A DNA stretch of 64,000 nucleotides from Tubulanus polymorphus (lineage: Eukaryota; Animalia; Nemertea). The stretch is from assembly GCF_964204645.1 (NCBI RefSeq), contig NC_134029.1, forward strand, positions 18,160,950 to 18,224,949, read 5' to 3'. Position 1 is the first letter of the stretch. Each line of letters starts with the position of its first letter. This document shows positions 10,320 through 22,754 of the stretch, piece after piece. The position numbers and the translations under genes were made by a program. The notes under the pieces were generated by a model, which worked only from the letters and a program-made list of their open reading frames with translations, made no database searches and was not told the origin of the DNA.

Positions 10320-11922
10320 TTTTAAGCACCAGCTATAGTAGTTTACTGTGGTGTTAGAGACACAATGTTCAAGGTCGTTGTGATAATTGGAATCTTACGG
10401 TCAAATCTTAACTAGCGTGGCATTCATTGCATTGCTTGATTAGATGCGATACAGTGTAAATATTATTGCATTTTTATATTACATCGTAAAATTAGGATAA
10501 CGGATGACAGAAATTGAAGTTTATAGACACATTTTTGACCGGCTGAAATATGTGTTGGGTGAAATTGAAAGAGAAGCCATAAACGAGAGAACTCTCTATA
10601 AGTTAGATAGAATTTACAGAGACATATTTGAGTGCGAGTGCCATGAACTAGAAATAATAGCATATGATATTGCAGATGCGTATAGTATCATTCAACGTTT
10701 GTGGTATCAGCCAACAAGTTCAGACACATCGGTGTCTCAAAGTCATCACTATCAAGCTCTATTGAATAGGCTACCTGGGGCCGGGTGCCCAAGATTTGAT
10801 ATATCTTAGGAACAACATTAATTTTTCCTGGGTAAGTTTTAAAAAGGATTAATTTCAGCCTTGCATATTGGCTCAAGTCATGTTACTGTAGGCCTACTTT
10901 TAAACTTTGATTAGATAATTTAAGATACCAGGCAAAGCATCTTTCTTTTGATGCTTGTTTTAGAAATGTTATCTGTTAGTAAAAAAACGGTAGAAAAATC
11001 ATTTAAGAGAATATCACATGAAAGTTCGAGATTACTATTGCGTCATCACAGATGAACATCTAGATAGTTGGGTTGTGTACTATATGCATTTCTCTAATGC
11101 TCTATTCTCTAATGCTGGTAAGTCTTTTTCCTGGATTCTTTAAGCTTAACACCACCAATAAAAATGCACCAAGCATCATAATAGTGGTATTGCGTGCGCT
11201 CTCTATATTTTCAAGTATGACGTAGCATTTTAGCCATCCTCTCATCAGAGGGCAGAAGGATTCAACGTGATCGCGTAAGAGAATCAATGTGAATCAAATA
11301 GTAATAGTGATAAAAAGGCTAAACGAAACTCTGGAGGGGGTAATAGAGTTATGCAAAGAGAAACTATGTGTAAAAGTCCCTTGCAATTGTTCGATATCTC
11401 AACTTGGTGCAAGGGTGGGTAAAAGCTAAATCGATTTAGAGCGCATAAGTCGAAGCTAAGCCTACGTAGTCAAGCATAGTCGGAACCCAAACCCTTCAAA
11501 CAGAATTTTGTGCTGCTTGTATCTGTAATTACTTAAAACTCTTAAAAACGCCTATAACAGTAAGGACAGGATGAGCTAAGCCTAGGAACGTACGCTGCTG
11601 GTATCTATGCACTTAAGCGTTGGGAAACCATAAGCCGAAGCCAGATCAAAACCCGAAGCCTCAGAGCCAGAACTCAACAACTCACAGACCAAGTCGGGGC
11701 GCTCGGAAGAAAGTTGGGCCGAGCGTGGGCGGAACACCATCGCATAAAAAAGGGCATAAAGTTTTGAGTTTGCCATATGGTAGGGGGCAAGCCCCAGACT
11801 CTGGACAGAGTCCGACGCCTAATAGGTGACATCCGAGCTAAGACGAAAGTGCGCCAGCACTAACTCATCGAGGCGAAGAAAGATCTGAAAAAGGTGGGAA
11901 ACAGCACTCGAGCAGAGGGGAC

Positions 11923-12112
11923 CCAGGTCCCAACGGGATCCAAAACTACTGGTGGAAGAAACTCCAAGATCCTCTAAAGCAAGTGGTGGAGGGTGTCCTT
12001 AGGGACCACCTCACAGTTGAGGATGTCTTCTGTGGTGGTCGGATGGTGACGTTCCAAAAGAAGAGGGACGAGGCCAATCCTGCAAACTACCGACCAATTG
12101 CCTCCTTGAATC
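11923..12112 (+). pseudogene. Non-LTR retrotransposon RT fragment (R4/Dong- or NeSL-like)
   Basis: PGPNGIQNYWWKKL ... GRMVTFQKKRDEANPANYRPIASLN, the early RT motifs (PGPDG, NYRPI). Confidence 0.7.
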
Positions 12113-13724
12113 CTCTTGTAGAAACTTTCTGTTAATAGATAATTCATGATATTCGTTGGGTATTTTATGATTATTTCTAAAAATAGACCACTACTATAGC
12201 TACTGAAGTCATACAAGCTAAGAGGAGGCTCTCCTATGCTTCAATCGAAGAGTTAGGTGATGAACTAAAAACATATGTGGATGAAAATCCAATTTCTTCG
12301 GTAAGCATTCAGTAAAATGTCATATACGATGGATAATGCACTTTCTATATCCTTGGTGTCAGGCTTTTAGCCTGAGAATTTTTCATGTCTTCATGAATGC
12401 CTTTAATTCATACAATGTTTAAGTTAAATTGTAAGTTTTACTTCATTATGTAGGTCCTATCAATGTTGAAAATTTCTCTCTACGACAAAAGACCTGTGAT
12501 ATGCATGAGGAATGCTTCTGTGGTTGAAGCATTCTCTGAAAGAATTATCGAAATGGCAAAGGAGCTTGGTAGGAGCTATGGCAAGTGCAACATCCCACGC
12601 CGGTTTGCCATGAAGGAAGATGGGGTAAGACCTTTATCCACAAATATCCCAATTTTCTCTGCATTGATTGAGAAGTTTCGCCAGAACTGTGAATTGCTCA
12701 CATTATATAACAATGAGCAGGTTCACATCAAAACCACAAAAAGTCATCGGCGCAGTCATCGGTTTTATTTAGAAGATGCTAAACAAATGTGGTCCATGGG
12801 AGACATACAAAACGGACATAAACACATTCTTCCACGACGTAATGATTCCAAACATAATCAGATCGTTATGTGGGATGAGACCAACAAAGGTAAGCTACCT
12901 AAAACAAGCTTGTTGAGATCTTTTAATACTTGGAATTGGCATAAGCAGAATGTAGACATAAAACCGAGTTCAAACCTCGACACACTTGGTAACATTTGTT
13001 TGATATCCAAGGAGATGATTGAGGTCCATGAGCTCATGATTTCAAACCGTCCTCGTTTCTTAACAAAGATGAATCCTCTTGTAGAAACTTTCTGTTAATA
13101 GATAATTCATGATATTCGTTGGGTATTTTATGATTATTTCTAAAAATAGACCACTACTATAGCTACTGAAGTCATACAAGCTAAGAGGAGGCTCTCCTAT
13201 GCTTCAATCGAAGAGTTAGGTGATGAACTAAAAACATATGTGGATGAAAATCCAATTTCTTCGGTAAGCATTCAGTAAAATGTCATATACGATGGATAAT
13301 GCACTTTCTATATCCTTGGTGTCAGGCTTTTAGCCTGAGAATTTTTCATGTCTTCATGAATGCCTTTAATTCATACAATGTTTAAGTTAAATTGTAAGTT
13401 TTACTTCATTATGTAGGTCCTATCAATGTTGAAAATTTCTCTCTACGACAAAAGACCTGTGATATGCATGAGGAATGCTTCTGCGGTTGAAGCATTCTCT
13501 GAAAGAATTATCGAAATCGCGAAGGAGCTTGGTAGGAGCTATGGCAAGTGCAACATCCCACGCCGGTTTGCCATGAAGGAAGATGGGGTAAGACCTTTAT
13601 CCACAAATATCCCAATTTTCTCTGCATTGATTGAGAAGTTTTGCCAGTTCTGTGAATTGCTCATATTATATAACAATGAGCAGGTTTACATCAAAACCAC
13701 AAAAAGTCATCGGCTCAGTCATCG
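12107..13724. repeat. Near-identical tandem duplication, period 963 bp (about 1.7 copies; a third fragment at about 15077-15182)
   Basis: 12107 TGAATCCTCTTGTAGAAACT recurs at 13070. ORFs 12463 and 13426 start with the same peptide. Confidence 0.95.
12187..13098 (+). pseudogene. Spliced gene fragment of unknown family (exons 12187-12300 and 12454-13098)
   Basis: AG|114-nt open exon|GTAAG splices in phase 0 to TGTAG|VLSMLKISLYDKRP... No domain recognised. Confidence 0.5.
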
Positions 13725-14248
13725 GAAACAGCATGGTAGCTTAAAGTATTGTTGTATAGTACAAGCTATTGCCCTTGCAGTTTGGGTGTGAACATCTCTT
13801 ACTGGCAGAAAGAGGATGAGTATTAATCTGGAAAGCAGAGAGAAGTTTTAGTATTAACTAGAATTATTGGAATACCATGAATTCACATTATGTTACATTT
13901 TGAGAAAACTTTTTCACTAGAATTCTTTTGTTGGCTTCCATCACCTTATTTATAGGTATGATCATTAATATTTCACTGAGTATTGCAGTTATACTGAACT
14001 TCCCTTGACTTGTCGAATATGACAATAGATACATGTGCATTGTACAATGCTTAGTTAAGTCCTTTGGGTTGCTGCTTTAGTTGACAAGGATTTTGGAGGA
14101 AATGCCTTGCAACGAATTGGGAAATAACAAGAACCATATCAAGTGAAAAATAACTTTTTCTGAAAAGGAAATTAATGAATCATATTTTCCTAGGTGATTT
14201 ATTTAGATACCTATGATTACTACACAAAATGTCCTAAAGCCATTCCGA

Positions 14249-15070
14249 TATTTGGTATAAAATGATATGACATGTTCTCTTTTAGTAGTAAAACACACTG
14301 ACACTGACAATCCAAAGAAGCACTGTAGTACGAGTTGTAGTGACGACACACAGAGTGATACTGCAGCATCTCTAACAAGTGCGTAACCTAATTCTTAATG
14401 CTTTTCTCAATAAGTATTTTGCATTTCCAAATCCTCCGCATCACACAATGAATGATTGCGGATACAACATACAAAATCTTGATCCTGCTGAAATGTCCAT
14501 GGTTCAAACAGTGCCATAACTTAGAATTGCATTCAAATATTTGGTATAAAATGATATGACATGTTTTCTTTTAAGAGTGAAACACACCGACGCTGACAAT
14601 AGAAGAAGTCACAGTAGCACGAGTTGCAGCGATGACACACGGAGTGATACTGCAGCATCTCTTTCAAGTGCGTTACCTAATTCTTAATGCTTTTCTCAAT
14701 AAGTATTTCGCTTTTTCTAAATCCTCTGCATTGCACGATGAATGATTGCGGATACAACATACAAAATCTTGATCCTGCTGAAATGTCCACATGGTTCAAA
14801 CGGAGCCATAACTTAGAATCGCATTTAAATATTTGGTATAAAATGATATGACATGTTTTCTTTTAGGAGTGAAACACACCGACGCTGGCAATCGAAGAAG
14901 TCACAGTAGCATGAGTTGCAGCGATGACACACAGAGTGATACTGCAGCATCTCTAACAAGTGCGTTACCTAATTCTTAATGCTTTTCTCAATTTCAAGTA
15001 TTTCGCATTTCCAAATCCCCGCATCACACGATGAATGATTACGGATACAACATACAAAATCTTGATCCTT
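14249..15070. repeat. Three tandem units of about 290 bp, each containing a 93-nt exon-like segment
   Basis: TATTTGGTATAAAATGATATGACATGTT at about 14249, 14538 and 14830. Confidence 0.9.
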
Positions 15071-15182
15071 ATTTTTAAAATAGACCACTACTATAGCTAC
15101 TGAAGTCATACAAGCTAAAAGGAGACTCTCTTATGCTTCAATCGAAGAGTTAGGTGATGAACTAAAAAAATCTGTGGATGAA

Positions 15183-15380
15183 CCTTCTGGAGACTGGTGA
15201 TACTGCTGCTACCCCGATACTACTGTTACCAGTGAGTGATACTTGATCCTTCAGGTGACCGGTGATATTACTGATACCCTGATACCACCGTTACCAGTGG
15301 TACTGCCCGATCCTTCAGCAGACCGGTGATACTACTGCTACCCCGATACTATTGTTACCAGTGATACCGTCCGATCCTCC
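15183..15380. repeat. Minisatellite, about 3 units of 62-66 bp
   Basis: Recurrent CCTTC..GACCGGTGATAYTACTG.TACCC.GATAC...GTTACCAGTG. Confidence 0.75.
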
Positions 15381-16471
15381 TAGGGACGACTGGTGACTCA
15401 CTGTAATGTCCTATGGCGCCCTCTACATAGCTGCCATCTTGAACCGGTGTTCTGGTGCACCACTGGCTAGCCGAACAATCACTCAAACCATGTTTTATTA
15501 GCACTAATTAAAATTAAGCACTTCTTTTGTTTTCTGAAATATCCCCCTAGCAACGCATTTGGCCCTTGGATATGGGTATTTCAAAACAAAAAAATTCAAA
15601 AATTCAAAAAACTTGGTATGGTAGTCCACTGACTGCTGTGTACTTCCTTGTCTCAGTTGTAAGTAAATAGTGAACTTTAGCATCAATTCTGTATGATTCA
15701 GACAAAATCGAGTGGATTCTGGTCTATTACTGGTCTTCTAAAGACTCTAAAACTATATTAAAGTTATAATGGGTGATAAAAAATTTACTGGCAGGAAAAA
15801 AAACGAACTTTTCATGGGCGGCACCAAAGGGGGTTAGGGGGTGCGAACGACCCCCCTTTTTAAAAATTCCCAAACGATCGTCGCATAGGGAATTTACCTC
15901 GATAATGCAATGGCAGCACTTTACGATCGTCGATGTGTCGTCACCAGTCACAATCAATGCTTGATTATTGCAATTACTTAACGATTATTGTGTTGTCATA
16001 CATGTCATGTGACAAGTAGCATTTGTCATGAAGCCTAAAATATTTCTTTCTGAAGGGCAGAACCCGCTCGGGTGCGGGGCAAATATTAGATGGAATCATT
16101 AATATTTGTGGATGGTTAGGTCCCATTGTTCTCGACTTATTTGTTGGTAATTGGCCTAGTAGATTGCATCAGAATGCATCTCCAAGACATAATTTTGCAG
16201 AAATTTCTGCTGCGCCTTCGGCCGGCTATTTTCATGCGTTCCGCACCCGGACGGGCTTTGCCCTTCGGTGACTTTTAGTTGAATATTACGTACTCGACCC
16301 CCCTTAGAAAATGCACCGAAGAAAAAATCCAATATGGTGGTGCCCATGACTCCTGTGGCTAATGCTGTAAGTAGCTCAAAAATTGGTGAAAACTTGTCTG
16401 AAACACCATTGAATGACACAGAAAGGTAAATAAAAGAAGGGTTCAGTAGTATACTGTGTGAAAACCGGTCA

Positions 16472-16642
16472 AAATGGGTAAAATGTCATCAATGTGGTAG
16501 TAATGTGGAATGTCAGATCAACCGAGACACTAAACAAGGCCTCGCCCATAGAATTTCTTTAAACGACGCATGTAAAGAATCTGTGAGTAGTTTTGAAACT
16601 TCAAAAAAGACCGACGAAGGCAAACCTTCTACATACGAAATA
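16472..16642 (+). pseudogene. Mutator-like/Kolobok-type transposase N-terminal fragment
   Basis: KWVKCHQCGSNVECQINRDTKQGLAHRISLNDACKESVSSFETSKKTDEGKPSTYEI (CxxC...GLA...C...FxTS...YEI pattern). Confidence 0.45.
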
Positions 16643-18293
16643 GAAATTTTATAATTTGATAATAATCATTATCATTTTTGCAGGAATACATGCAAAATCC
16701 TATGACAGAAGTGATCAACCATCGAGTGTTTAAATCCAGTTCAGATGGAAAGGCAGCAGTATACAATGGAAAATCGATTAATTAAAATTTTGACTACGCA
16801 TACATCGCTGTCCACACTTGGAATTAACCAGTGGTTTACAAAAATTCAAGATAAATTATGTTCCACCATTCACTTAAGCACTGCAAAAGATTTTGATAAA
16901 ATGTGGGCAAAATTTTATGAAAAATTATCTTATTATACGATGGAGACATTTAGCAAATATAAAATTGATGAAGTAAATGAAAGAGCTGTAAACATATCCT
17001 TGCAATTTACTATGGAGATCCTCTTTCAGTACATGATCGAGGACCAATTTCACCATGACCCATCAACTGGGCCAGACCACAGCCCCTCATAGTTTTGGCG
17101 ATCAGATCATAGATCAATTCACCAGTTTAGCGTATAGTGACAGGTTAGCTCATAGCAATAATTTAAGTTGGAGCAATAGTTAAAATCACAGGAATAGTCT
17201 TTTTACTTTCCAAACCTTCCATCCCAGTTAATTTACTGACATTTTCCACCTTCTGGGAAGGTTAACACTGCCTGGTCGAGTTTGATTACCTGTCACAACA
17301 TACCTGTCATAGATGTCATAACTTTTTCCCATAGAAGCAGCAATTGCCACCCAGGGGAACTCTTTTAACAACAAAGCCGTGTGTCTCTGATCTGACAACC
17401 AGGCAGTAAAGGATGTGATCAATAGAATTGCATGTTATTTTTGTAGAAGAAACATTATCTTTTACAAGAATTATAATCTGTATCCTCAATGTACCATTGT
17501 AATGTGGTCTGAGTCGTAAGGCCAAAAAAAATTGACAGTGTAGCAATAAACAAAACGATTTATCGATCGGCGAAGTGCCTTCACTGAATAACAAATTGAA
17601 GGCAATAAATATTCAGTTATGGAGCGTACACAGCGTGGATTTTCGGTTGAGGAGCGTATATAGATCGATTGTAAAATTTAAGTCAATTAAGTTCTATGTA
17701 TTGAATTGTATTTGTGGCGCCACACTCCCAGTCGCATCGAAAAGGTAGGGTACTACCCACAGTGTAGTAACTGTACCACAAAACCTGTAACAAAGTGAGG
17801 CAGAAAGTTTGTAAATGCTTAGTCAGACTGAAAAGACTAAAAAAGTAATTACTAATGGGGTAGTCTGGTCTGCTTAACACAATTGGAGTTATGAAGAGTG
17901 AAAAAAAAATTGTTTCGATGGAAAACCTGCTACTTATTAATCATATAACATTTTTAACACTCGATGTAAATAATAAATCTTTTTTAAACCTCCCACCCAA
18001 CCCAACTTTTTTGGGCTAATAAAGGTTTAAGTTAAGGTCTTCTCAGTTTGGACAACCAGACGATAGTTCACAGAACTACTGCAATTACTTACATGCTAAC
18101 CCAGAATTCTTCCAAGATGTTTATATCTTCAGACATCAGTTGGACAAGATGATATCAGCTGAAGCAGTATAATCAGGACAGAAACAAAATGTATCAGATT
18201 TAAGGGCTTTTTCCATCATATAAGCAGCCTGATGAGAGTCATAGACTAAGCAATACAATTCCTATATCTAACAATGGAGGCACTTTTGTGTCC

Positions 18294-18620
18294 AAAAAGA
18301 AACAGGTTGTACATTTCAACGACATGAAACCGTGCATTCTATCTAGAGAAGCCGTAGGTTGCGAAAAGCCGGAATAGAAACCAATGAAAGCCAAACCTGA
18401 TAAAAGCGACTAACTCTCAAAGATGAAGATTGTGTCTGGATTCGGGATACAGCCCAAAACAAGGGCAGTAATCAAAGAATCAACACTACTCAATACTACT
18501 GTTGCGAAGAGCTGGTAGAATTTGTAGCAATTGACTAAAGATGTATATTCAATTCAGGTAGTTGAGATAATGATCATTTAGTAGCTAAGGGTGATGGGAT
18601 GATATATTGTATAAATAGAT
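18294..18620 (+). mobile_element. Possible Gypsy 3' remnant (integrase tail and purine tract)
   Basis: KKKQVVHFNDMKPC resembles the VVHxxRLKP end of the integrase GPY/F module. LRRAGR downstream; purine-rich tract before TGT at about 18590-18610. Confidence 0.4.
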
Positions 18621-19902
18621 TTATCTTTTTGACTTAGTTTGGCATGACTATATTATAACTTGACTCAGATTGAGTGTCCTCGCTTTCGCCTTTTATCCTT
18701 TTGACCTGGCCTTTCTCTGCAAGTGGACAAACTCTGTTTTTTTTTCTGTCCTCTGCAACACTTAGTCACGCCATATCCAAATTTTTGAGTGTAGATTCAT
18801 TCTTGAAATTTCAATTACATGTACCTTGAAATTTTAATCATCTTTATACCCTTTATCTAAGTCTTAATGTAAGATTTACACTGCGATATGATTCAAATAT
18901 TTTCCAATTACAATATGGGGATTTTTATAGGTTCCTTGGGGTTAAGTTCAGTTATGATTTTGGTTTCTGATGCTATTTCGTGACTTAGAACTATTTTCTA
19001 CTGAAGGATCTTGGGATGAAAATAACAGGAGTCAGTTTTTGGGGTGTTGGTCAAGCTAGTTAGTAGCAGCAGAGAATTTTATTTTTGGGTATTTGATTTT
19101 GGATTTACCAACACGGTAATCTAATGCAATACTTAACGAGAGCCCCAAGGGGCACTATGGCCAGCCTGTCAGCTTTTCATAAAATGGCAAATGATGCATT
19201 CTGAGGGTTAAATTTATCAAAATACAATCGTGGCTAAGTAGCACATACAGCGAATGGAGCTGGCAGAAACAAATACCTCAGATAAATCTTTCCCCTTGGT
19301 CTTATTGATTTGAATTTTCTGAAATTTGCTCAATAAAGTAAAATTGAATTAGATTTGATATATTTTTTGCAGAATAAAATTTAATTGAATTTGCAGTTTG
19401 AGCACATGGCTAATTAACGTATCAAGGTCCTCCATCCGATATGGGGAAAAGCTATTTTTCTCGGACTTTGCACAATTGTCAATAATATTTTCTGTAAGCA
19501 AATTAAAAATATTCCTCCCAAAAACCAAACCAACTTAACATTTCACAGAAATCGATCTTGAAATACAATTTTAGATCTTAAAATAAAACCCAGAAGTAAA
19601 ACGGTAGACGATACCGCGGGTTCACGTGAACACCTGCCTATCTCAGCATCGAATTTGTGGAGAAAAAATGGTTGAGCATTGTATTCATGCTACACAGCTC
19701 ACTGTTAGGTTCTTTATGATAGATGCGGTAACGTGCTGCCACCTGGAGGGAGCGGAAGTGTAGTCAGGAAGTTTTGTTGACGTGTCAGATGTTTTTTGAC
19801 AGAATTAGCTACGTAGCTAACTGATAACGAGTATTTCTATAATGTGTTTGTAAATTTTGTCTGTTTTGTAACGGCCATATTTCGTTTAAATCATTATCCT
19901 AA

Positions 19903-20398
19903 AGGGGCACTCAAGTCGCCCTTACAAGTGCAACTACAACTAGAAGCGACTGGTTGGAGCAACTGGCAGCGATCGTCAGCGACTGGTTTTTTCCCAGTCG
20001 CGGCTACCTAAGCGTCTACAACTGACAGCGATGGGTCGGCGACGCAAAAACTGCCAGTCGCTATGAGTTGAACATGTTGAACTTTTAGCAACGCGTCGCA
20101 GCGACTACCACTAGTTGTACAGCGTTTTTGTCGACCTGAGCGCTACTGCAACCGATTTCCGCGTTGTAGGGAAATACTATAGTCATGTGATTAGTTCAAA
20201 ATGGCGGACGGCTGGTCGGAAGCTTCTGAAGCGAGGTTGATCGAACTCTGGCAGGAACGACCGTCATTGTACGACACATCGTGCAATGATTACATAAATA
20301 GAAATAAAAAAGATAGCGACATAAGGGAGATATGTTTTCAGCTAGAAAAGTCCGGTCCCCCAGTGGCTATGAACATGACGAACATGTGCATTTCCTAA
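19903..20398 (+). mobile_element. Harbinger-type remnant with a MADF (Myb/SANT-like) first exon
   Basis: Clustered GCGAC/GTCGC subterminal motifs, then ORF 20201 MADGWSEASEARLIELWQERPSLYD...Y.NRNKKD...EI. Boundaries approximate. Confidence 0.65.
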
Positions 20399-21163
20399 AA
20401 CATTTCCTTACCTCATTTCCATGCAGATGGATCCCTAGTGCAATCACATTTTCACTATGTTGCCTGTTTCAATAAAACATGCTGTGTGTCATGGATCCTA
20501 ATAGCTCAGCCACAATTTATCCCTTCATATTATCTGGGAATAAAGCAGACCGTACTTGATTTTGATATTTCAGTTTATCTTCACACAGTAATACAGTTGG
20601 TTTCAATATTGGTGAGAACATCTTCAGGTTACTTTTAGATAGAGTAGCACTGCTGTCATGAAAACAAGTACTAGGCCAGCTGAAATGACACCTAAAATTA
20701 AGGAAATTAAGATTAATTTGAATTATCGTTGAACTAGAATTACGCCTTGCGGCCTAAAATACCCCTAAGATACCTCAACTTAACTAATTAAATAGTATGA
20801 CAACAGTATGACACAGTAAAAATACAATCCTTTTATTGGATTAAGGGTAAGGGTTCCAATGGGTTTAGTCTAAAGGATACAGAGGGTTAGGTTATAGGAT
20901 TAGAGGTTCGGAGTTTGCACCCCCAGTGCGCAGGCGACAGAAAAATAGTTGCCGATTTTCCAGTTTATTTCAGAGAATTATTTGAGTGTTGTTAGACCTG
21001 TCGTTTGTCCGGCTAGTTGCGGGCACGTATCCCTGTGTTTTAGGGGCAGCGTAGTTGTGCTTAATCCAGGTGATAGTTTGTTTGTGCGGGCGTTCGTTTT
21101 ATGGCGAGTGTGATGCGTGTGTTTGTTTGTCGCAGTGATAGATGGCGTGTGAGTGAGTGGTTA

Positions 21164-22500
21164 TCACATTATGGGTACTACTCTCTCATTAAGGCTGTTC
21201 GGTGTCATACTGTTTAAGCAATTAATCAAATATTTTTCAGCAGTTTCTCTGAGTCTTTGGTCCCAAACAGGGATTGACTGGAGTCCAAATATGTTTATGC
21301 TTTGAAGGGTGCTGCTGAATTGAAGTGTTTGGCTACGGGGATCGGTCGATTGTTTAAAGGGAGGTGAAGAGTATTTTAGTGGCCGTCGATTTACAGATTT
21401 GCCTATATCATAGAAGTGTGGGCCTTTAAAAATGGTTGTGTCTAGAAAATTAGCAAAATTGTTTGTCAATCTCCCAGGTGAAGTCAATGGACGTATGATG
21501 GGTCTGTAGGATGTTCAGGAAGGTAACTAGTTCCTATTATCATGAATTTATCATCAATACACCTCTTATAGAGACATGGTAGCCTCAAGGAAATGTGTGG
21601 TGTCTTTGAGATAGGATTGATGGCTGAAAGTTATGGATGAAGGTAGTGATCGACCCAGGCTGCAACATGATAGGACTCGCTGCTGCAATCAGATACAATA
21701 GGACAGCCAGGCGGGATTTCACTCGCAACAGTCCATTTATCAGGGTTTTTATGTGTTTGGGCAGTGGGTAAAACAGTCTTGGTTGGGGTTCAGAGGGGTA
21801 TCTAAGTAATTGTGCAGCATTGATTTTGTTGGGGGTCCAGCCCGAGGGTAGACGGAATTTAAGAGCTATGCTGGAGCGCTGTCCTTGAAGTGATAGTTCC
21901 ACATCCCCAGTCGGTTTAAGTCCGTAAAGGACTGAAGTCTGTCTTTGGCCTCATGGTTGGGAGTGCTAGGAGGCCTGAGGCAATATGATAAACCTCTGAG
22001 TAGATTTCTTTGGCCTGAGGAGAGCTGTGTCCTTTTTGAAAGGTTCAGGACTGAGGTGGCTGTGTCGTTATGCGAGTCCTATCTGGCGGGTGGTGAATCC
22101 CGAGGCGGAGGGACTGCGGTGGTTGGGTGACTGGTCAGTGCGGCTACAGCGGCTGTCTGTTGAGCCGAAAGTTGACAGCGGCTGTCTATCGAGCCGAAAG
22201 TTGGTCCCCTCATCAGTTGCAGTTGTATGCAAGTTTTTGGACAATCAATATTCATGTGTAAATAGATTGCTTTTTGTCCAGCGGCGGGCGGGTTTGCGTT
22301 TAAGGTAGTGCCTAGACCTCACCAGGGGGCGTGTCACAACGGATTGTGTTGCAGCGGTCATAGATGGTCAGCGCAGAATTTCAGAGGCATTCTATGGGCC
22401 CATTTTAGGGCGATCTCGCTGGCTCGAGGGTCAAATTCATGCAGATTGAATTCATGTAGGCCTATAAAAGTCGTGAAGTGGTGTTCTCGTAGGATGGAAT
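21164..22500 (-). mobile_element. Penelope-like retroelement remnant (RT and GIY-YIG tail), heavily deleted
   Basis: Minus strand: LYKRCIDDKFMI (RYIDD box) near 21540-21575, NFLDTTIFKG, and RLRETAEKYLINCLNSMTPNSLNE (GIY-YIG C-terminal R..E..WI..L....P.GLN). Confidence 0.75.
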
Positions 22501-22754
22501 GATTTGATGGAATAGATATTCCCCAATTCGGTGGCCGATCACGGATAGATTCAGCCGTTTCGGTCGTCATGCTGACTGGTTTGATATTTGCGGATCAGGT
22601 TCTGTTGTTGATGGGCCAGGCCAGGCGGTAATTTTTCATTGACCATGAATGGCTTGCTGAGCACGGTACTGACTGGATTGCGTTTTTCAGCGAGTCGTCA
22701 GGCAATCCCTGGTACGTGGAGCCCGTGTGATGGTTTTTGTTCAAACGGCAGATA

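Larger units (their letters stand above)
7231..11120 (+). mobile_element. IS3EU-like DNA transposon, left end and 5' part of the transposase only; interrupted by piggyBac-2
   Basis: TATGG terminus exactly at the LTR break; GAAAAGATGAT subterminal repeats at 7269-7390. Spliced relic 10504-11120 reads GCPRFDIS*EQ / EMLSVSKKTVEK..REYHMKVRDYYCVITDEHLDSWV..FSNA, resembling the IS3EU N-terminal HTH region. Confidence 0.6.

Noticed and set aside
16745-17092. 115-aa ORF in the TE-rich zone
   Set aside because: No family could be assigned by eye. It may be a TE exon, but this is unsupported.
18229-18255. CTGATGA-GAGTC-ATA-GACT hammerhead-like start
   Set aside because: The GAAA box is absent (AAGC follows) and there is no convincing stem I or III.
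19735-19760. CTCF-like and ETS-like motifs (CCACCTGGAGGGAGC, CGGAAGTG)
   Set aside because: Short imperfect matches among TE debris; cannot be supported without chromatin data.
22180-22220. Minus-strand CTGATGAG...CTCGATAG hammerhead-like motif
   Set aside because: GATA replaces GAAA, stem II is poor, and it lies within a short local duplication.
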